Under the pieces are notes generated by a model. That model had not been told where the DNA came from and ran no database searches. It saw only the letters and a program-made list of their open reading frames with translations. A DNA stretch of 64,000 bases. It comes from an uncultured Verrucomicrobiae bacterium (GTDB lineage: Bacteria > Verrucomicrobiota > Verrucomicrobiia > Chthoniobacterales > Chthoniobacteraceae). Of this stretch, positions 59,475 through 64,000 are shown piece after piece; positions within the stretch are counted from its first letter, which is position 1; the number at the start of each line of letters is the position of its first letter. The translations under genes were made by a program, and so were the position numbers. Location of the stretch: positions 160,001 through 224,000 of the forward strand of contig CAVYKI010000010.1 of assembly GCA_963769025.1 (NCBI GenBank), read 5' to 3'.

Positions 59475-60176
59475 ATGATGCTCCGCGTTTCAGTTTTCCT
59501 TTTCGCCCTCGCCACCGTCACGCGTGCGGCAAATGCCGCTCCGCCGAGCAAGGTGAGCCGTGCCGAGGCGATGGCGACGGCGGAGGTTTACCGGACTTTC
59601 AAGTGGGTGCCGGCAGCGGCAAACGTGCTCCACGGACCCGATGCCGGACGCATCCGCGTGGATACACCGGACGCGGGATACAGGCCGGCGGAGCGGTTTG
59701 GCGGCTGGTGGGTGCCAGGCCTGCTCAACACCGGCATGCCCTACAAGTGGGGCGGCTTCGACACGCCGGAAACATTCCTTTCCGGCCTCGCGGAAGGGAA
59801 AGCCGCGGGCGATGTCTGCACGCCGGAAAAGCGACGAATGCTCGAGGCGGCGGTGAGCGCACACGCGGTGGGGATTGATTGCTCCGGCTTCGTCTCGCGC
59901 TGCTGGAATCTCCCGCGCGCGTACTCCACCCGCACGCTCACCAGCCTGTGCGACCCCATCGCCGATTTTAAAAAGCTCCAGCCCGGCGACATCCTCAACG
60001 CACCGAACTCGCACGTCTTCCTTTTCAAACAATGGACCGCGCTGGATCGCTCGCGGATGCAAGTTTACACCACCGGCTCGCCGCCGGTCTGGGCGGTGCA
60101 GGTCGGCCCGTTGCGGACAAAGCAGATGGCGCCGCTCGGCTACACCGCGTGGCGTTATCGCGGGATGAGGGATTGA
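59475..60176 (+). CDS. Secreted NlpC/P60-like cysteine hydrolase
   Basis: Signal peptide; PYKWGG, GIDCSGFVS, LQPGD, SHVFLF. Confidence 0.75.
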   Translation: MMLRVSVFLFALATVTRAANAAPPSKVSRAEAMATAEVYRTFKWVPAAANVLHGPDAGRIRVDTPDAGYRPAERFGGWWVPGLLNTGMPYKWGGFDTPETFLSGLAEGKAAGDVCTPEKRRMLEAAVSAHAVGIDCSGFVSRCWNLPRAYSTRTLTSLCDPIADFKKLQPGDILNAPNSHVFLFKQWTALDRSRMQVYTTGSPPVWAVQVGPLRTKQMAPLGYTAWRYRGMRD

Positions 60177-60206
60177 AAGGCGCGCAGCCTGCGCGAAGGT
60201 GATCGG

Positions 60207-62420
60207 ATGCCGGCATTCCAACTTTCCTCGAAATACACACCGCAAGGCGATCAGGCGCAGGCCATCGCGAAGCTGACGAAGTCCATCTCGGCCGGCAACC
60301 GGCACCAGACGCTGCTCGGCGTGACGGGCTCGGGCAAGACGTTCACCGCGGCGAATGTCATCCGCGAAATCGAACGGCCGACGCTCGTCATCTCGCACAA
60401 CAAGACGCTCGCCGCGCAGCTCTACTCGGAGTTCAAGCAGTTCTTCCCGGACAACGCGGTCGAGTATTTCGTCAGCTACTTCGATTACTACCAGCCCGAG
60501 GCCTACATCCCGCGCACGGACACCTACATCGAGAAGGATTCGTCCATCAACGAGGAGATCGAGCGCCTGCGCCTCTCCACGACTTCGTCGCTGCTCTCGC
60601 GGCGCGACGTGATCGTGGTCGCGAGCGTGTCGTGCATCTACGGCCTCGCGCTCGCCGGAGGATTTTCTCTGAACATGCTGCTCACGCTGAAAGTCGGCCA
60701 GAAAATCGACGCGCGAGATGGTGCTCAGCGAAGCTCGTGGACATGCTCTACGAGCGGAACGACATCGCCTTCGAGCGCGGCCACTTCCGCGTGCGCGGCG
60801 ACGTGGTCGAGGTGCATCCGGCGAACGAGGACGAGAGGCGATCCGCATCGAGTTCTTCGGCGACGAGGTCGATCGCATCACGCGCTTCGATCCGCTCACC
60901 GGGCATGTGAACGAGCAGCTCACGATGATCGACGCTCTATCCCGGCGAAGCAATTCGTGACGCCGCAGCGACAAGCTGCGCACCGCGCTGGTGACGATCC
61001 GCGAGGAGATGCGAGGAGCGCATCATCTTTTTCGAAAAGCACGGGCAGCTGCTCGAGGCGCAGCGCATCAAGAATGCGCACGGAATACGATCTGGAGATG
61101 ATGCAGGAGATGGGCTTTTGCAGCGGCATCGAAAACTACTCGCGCCATCTGAGCGGCCGCCCGCCGGGCTCGCGGCCCTACACGCTGCTCGACTTTTTCC
61201 CGCGCGATTTCCTGCTCGTGGTCGATGAAAGCCACGCGACCATCCCGCAGATCGGCGGCATGTATGAGGGCGACGCGTCGCGCAAAAACGACGCTCGTCG
61301 AATACGGCTTCCGCCTGCCGAGCGCGCTGGACAACCGGCCGCTGAAATTCCCCGAGTTCATGGAGATGACCGGCCAGACGATCTACATCAGCGCGACGCC
61401 GGCGGAGTTCGAGATCCGGAACAGCGTCGTCGGCAACACGAAGTATCTGCCCGCGAGCCGCACGCAGTTTGGCGGCGCGATTGAAGTGCCTGATTTCGTC
61501 GTGAGCGCGAACACCGACGTGCGGCCGAGCGGTCGCCATCGAGCCGATCGACAAGTTCGACGTCCACACGCCGGGCGCGCCGCTCGTCGTCGAGCAGATC
61601 ATCCGCCCGACCGGCCTGCTCGATCCGCAGATCACCATCCGCCCGCTCAAGGCGCAGATCGACGAGACGCTCGAACTCTGCCGCCAGCGCATCGAGAAGA
61701 GCGAGCGCGTCCTCATCACCACGCTCACGAAACGCACCGCCGAGGATCTCAGCGATTACCTCGGACGTCGGCCTGCAAGGTGCGCTACCTGCACAGCGAC
61801 ATCGATACGATCGAGCGCGTGGAAATCCTGCGCGCGCTGCGCGCCGCGGAGTTCGACATCCTCGTCGGCATCAATCTGCTCCGCGAAGGCCTCGACCTGC
61901 CCGAGGTCTCGCTCGTCTGCATCCTCGACGCCGACAAGGAAGGCTACCTCCGCTCGCAGACTTCGCTCATCCAGACCGCCGGCCGCGCCGCGCGCCACGT
62001 GAACGGCGCAGGTCTATCTCTTCGCCGACATGGTGACGAAGAGCATGCAGGCGCTGCTCGACATCACCGAATACCGCCGCGCGCGGCAGATGGAATACAA
62101 CGAGAAGCACGGCATCACGCCCACGCAGCGTGCAGCGCGCCGTGCAGGAAAGCCTGCACACGATTTTGAAAGGCCGCGAAATCGAATCCTCGGTCGTGAA
62201 CGAAGCCGGCGGCAATTTCTCCCTCAGCGAAACGCTGCGCGAACTGGAGGAGGAAATGATGCACGCCGCCGCGAATCTCGAATACGAAAAGGCCGCGCTC
62301 CTCCGCGACCAGATCGGCGAACTCAAGGCCGGCACCGGCCTCTCAAAGATCGAACCGAAGAAGCGCCCGGTCTCCTACGGAAAGCCGAAACGCGGCGCAG
62401 GCTCAAAGGCGCGGGCGTAG
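60207..62420 (+). CDS. uvrB: Excinuclease ABC subunit B, many small frameshifts
   Basis: [60 protein letters not shown]-terminal AA.LRD UVR domain across frames. Confidence 0.95.
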
Positions 62421-62491
62421 CGCGCCGCGCCCGTCTCCGCGCCCGTCCGCGTTTGTAACGCGGTCCGAGCAGGCCCGGGAGTGCTCGTACC

Positions 62492-62531
62492 AAAAGCAAA
62501 ACGCGCGAGGGCTTTCGCACCTCGCGCGTTT
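62492..62531 (-). terminator. Intrinsic terminator after rplL (may also serve the convergent uvrB)
   Basis: AAACGCGCGAGG / CCTCGCGCGTTT stem followed on the minus strand by TGCTTTT. Confidence 0.75.
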
Positions 62532-62582
62532 GTGAAAGGAATCGTTCCGGCTCGAAAACCGGGTGGTTCCAGAGTGAGGAGA

Positions 62583-62969
62583 CTACTTGATCTCGACCTT
62601 GGCGCCTGCGGCCTCGAGCTTCTTCTTGATGTCTTCGGCTTCGGCCTTGGTCGCGCCTTCCTTGACGGTCTTCGGGGCGCCCTCGACGAGAGCCTTGGCA
62701 TCGGCGAGGCCGAGGCCGGGCACTGCGGCGCGGACTTCCTTGATGACGTTGATCTTGTTCGGGCCGGCTTCCTTGAGGACGACGTCGAATGCGGTCTTCT
62801 CTTCTGCGGGTGCGGCGGCTGCGCCTCCGCCACCGGCGGCGGGTGCTGCAGCGGCCACGGGGGCCGCGGCGCTCACGCCCCACTTGGTTTCGAGCTGTTT
62901 GACGAGATCAGCGACTTCCAGGACGGTGAGTCCGCTGAGCTGATCAACGATGGTGTTGATGTCTGCCAT
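62583..62969 (-). CDS. rplL: 50S ribosomal protein L7/L12
   Basis: [55 protein letters not shown]. Confidence 0.98.
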   Translation of the reverse strand: MADINTIVDQLSGLTVLEVADLVKQLETKWGVSAAAPVAAAAPAAGGGGAAAAPAEEKTAFDVVLKEAGPNKINVIKEVRAAVPGLGLADAKALVEGAPKTVKEGATKAEAEDIKKKLEAAGAKVEIK

Positions 62970-63131
62970 GATGTGTTTGTTTTCTTGCGGTGTCGTCGCC
63001 ACCCGAGGCTTCGGGCGAATTAAGGCCGGCTGCCACCAGCCCGACGAGGAACCATGTTTGGTTGTTTCCCTTTTGGACGGCCACCTTGCGGCGACCGTTT
63101 CCCACCGGATATGGCAGCGGTAGAAAAAGGG
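62970..63131 (-). ncRNA. Structured 5' leader of rplL (candidate cis-regulatory RNA)
   Basis: CCCUUUU/AAAAGGG stem enclosing two hairpins (one with a GCAA loop); second domain closed by UCGUCG/CGACGA enclosing two hairpins. Confidence 0.55.
63020..63055 (-). CDS. Putative leader peptide [11 protein letters not shown]
   Basis: ATG preceded by unstructured AAACAACCAAAC, resembling the rplL initiation region; TAA stop. Confidence 0.4.
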   Translation of the reverse strand: MVPRRAGGSRP

Positions 63132-63137
63132 ACGCGG

Positions 63138-63165
63138 AAACTAGTGGACTGCCCCGGGGTGTCAA
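63138..63165 (-). promoter_or_regulatory. sigma70 promoter of rplL
   Basis: TTGACA-N16-TAGTTT followed by GC-rich CCGCGTCCC discriminator. Confidence 0.65.
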
Positions 63166-63278
63166 GCGGGCTTTTCCAGCGCGGGAAAGGCAGGACTCTC
63201 CGAAACGGTCCGCCAAGCGCATTCAGGGCGATTGACACCGGGATGACGGAGTTGTCTATTTCGCCAAAAGCTACTCCC

Positions 63279-64000
63279 ATGCACGACGACCTCCAGACCG
63301 AACATCACGCGGGACAAGAGCCGCAGCTCACGTGGTTTCAGAAATTCCAGCAGAAGCTCGCCGAGTCGCGATACTTCATGCTTTCCTGCGTCATTCACGC
63401 GGTGATCGTGATCCTCGCGGGATCGATCGTGCTTTATAAGGCAATTGTCGAGCCGCCGGATTTTGTCGCCGAGGGTGGTGACGGGCTGATTTCCGCGACG
63501 GACGATCTGACGCCGCCGCCGGAGACTCCCGCGGACGCAGTGCCCACCGAGCAGGTCGCACCGCAGGCACCGAACATTAACAGCCCGAACATCGACGTCA
63601 TCAGCACGACGGCGCAGACGAGCAGTTTCAAGGTCGCCCCGGCGCAGGTGCAGGTGAAAATCAATACCAACGCCTCCGATCTCGCGAAGGCGACTGGGAA
63701 TATCTCAAAGGCGATGGCCGGCGGGATGGGCGGTCTGCCTGGCACGATGCGCGGTCGCATGGGCACCGGCAGGGCAAAGGCGATGGATCAGAACAAGATG
63801 AAGTCGAAGACCGAGATGGCGGTAGTCAAGGGACTCAACTGGCTTCAGCAGAATCAGAATTCCGACGGTTCCTGGGGCGACGCCACCAAGGGCGCAATGA
63901 CCGGCCTCGCGCTGCTTTGCTTCCTCGGCCACGGCGAGACACCCGAGTCCCAGCAATATGGGCTGACGGTGAACCGGGCCGTCCAGTGGATCCTGGACAA
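63279..64000 (+). CDS. Membrane-anchored prenyltransferase/squalene-cyclase-repeat protein, runs off the window end
   Basis: Not in the ORF track because it has no stop in the window; my translation gives SCVIHAVIVILA TM, GLNWLQQNQNSDGSW (QW motif), MTGLALLCFLGHGET. Confidence 0.85.
   Translation, partial: MHDDLQTEHHAGQEPQLTWFQKFQQKLAESRYFMLSCVIHAVIVILAGSIVLYKAIVEPPDFVAEGGDGLISATDDLTPPPETPADAVPTEQVAPQAPNINSPNIDVISTTAQTSSFKVAPAQVQVKINTNASDLAKATGNISKAMAGGMGGLPGTMRGRMGTGRAKAMDQNKMKSKTEMAVVKGLNWLQQNQNSDGSWGDATKGAMTGLALLCFLGHGETPESQQYGLTVNRAVQWILD

Noticed and set aside
3578..62420. Programmed frameshifting or mass pseudogenisation
   Set aside because: Break sites share no slippery sequence, essential tsaD is affected, and motifs are otherwise intact; assembly error is more parsimonious
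63279..64000. Squalene-hopene cyclase
   Set aside because: TM anchor, low-complexity linker and QW repeat fit the PVC prenyltransferase-repeat proteins; no DXDD motif in the visible part

Overview
GC-rich bacterial chromosomal segment, most likely Verrucomicrobiota (Chthoniobacterales/Spartobacteria-like). This is inferred from PVC-specific families: two DUF1549/DUF1553+DUF1501 pairs, a PVC-type heme-binding dehydrogenase, and GldG/DUF4340. Most of the window is housekeeping or envelope genes: tRNA-Leu(CAG), dnaN, coaX, rpsB-tsf, rfbA, a MacAB-type ABC exporter, TolC, an ECF sigma/anti-sigma operon, trmL, a ClpX paralog, iscA, mutL, a pilMNO(P)-like operon, nadE, ispA, tsaD, ctpA, kdsD, uvrB and rplL. 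No integrase, transposase, phage gene, CRISPR array or rRNA is visible. About ten genes carry small frameshifts, including essential tsaD; these are best explained as assembly indel errors. Leading observations: (1) a stand-alone rplL with its own promoter and a ~160-nt highly structured leader containing an 11-residue uORF ([11 protein letters not shown]), a candidate new translational control element; (2) an uncharacterised, translationally coupled two-gene module with a sigma54 promoter and a TGT-N10-ACA enhancer, one of three matching sigma54 motifs in the window; (3) a PlsC-type acyltransferase coupled to a bacterial PDCT/sphingomyelin-synthase-like headgroup transferase; (4) a ClpX paralog lacking the Zn finger and with a duplicated C-terminal domain; (5) several short-unit palindromic repeats, one inserted in frame in nadE. 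All family calls come from reading motifs by eye; no database searches were run.
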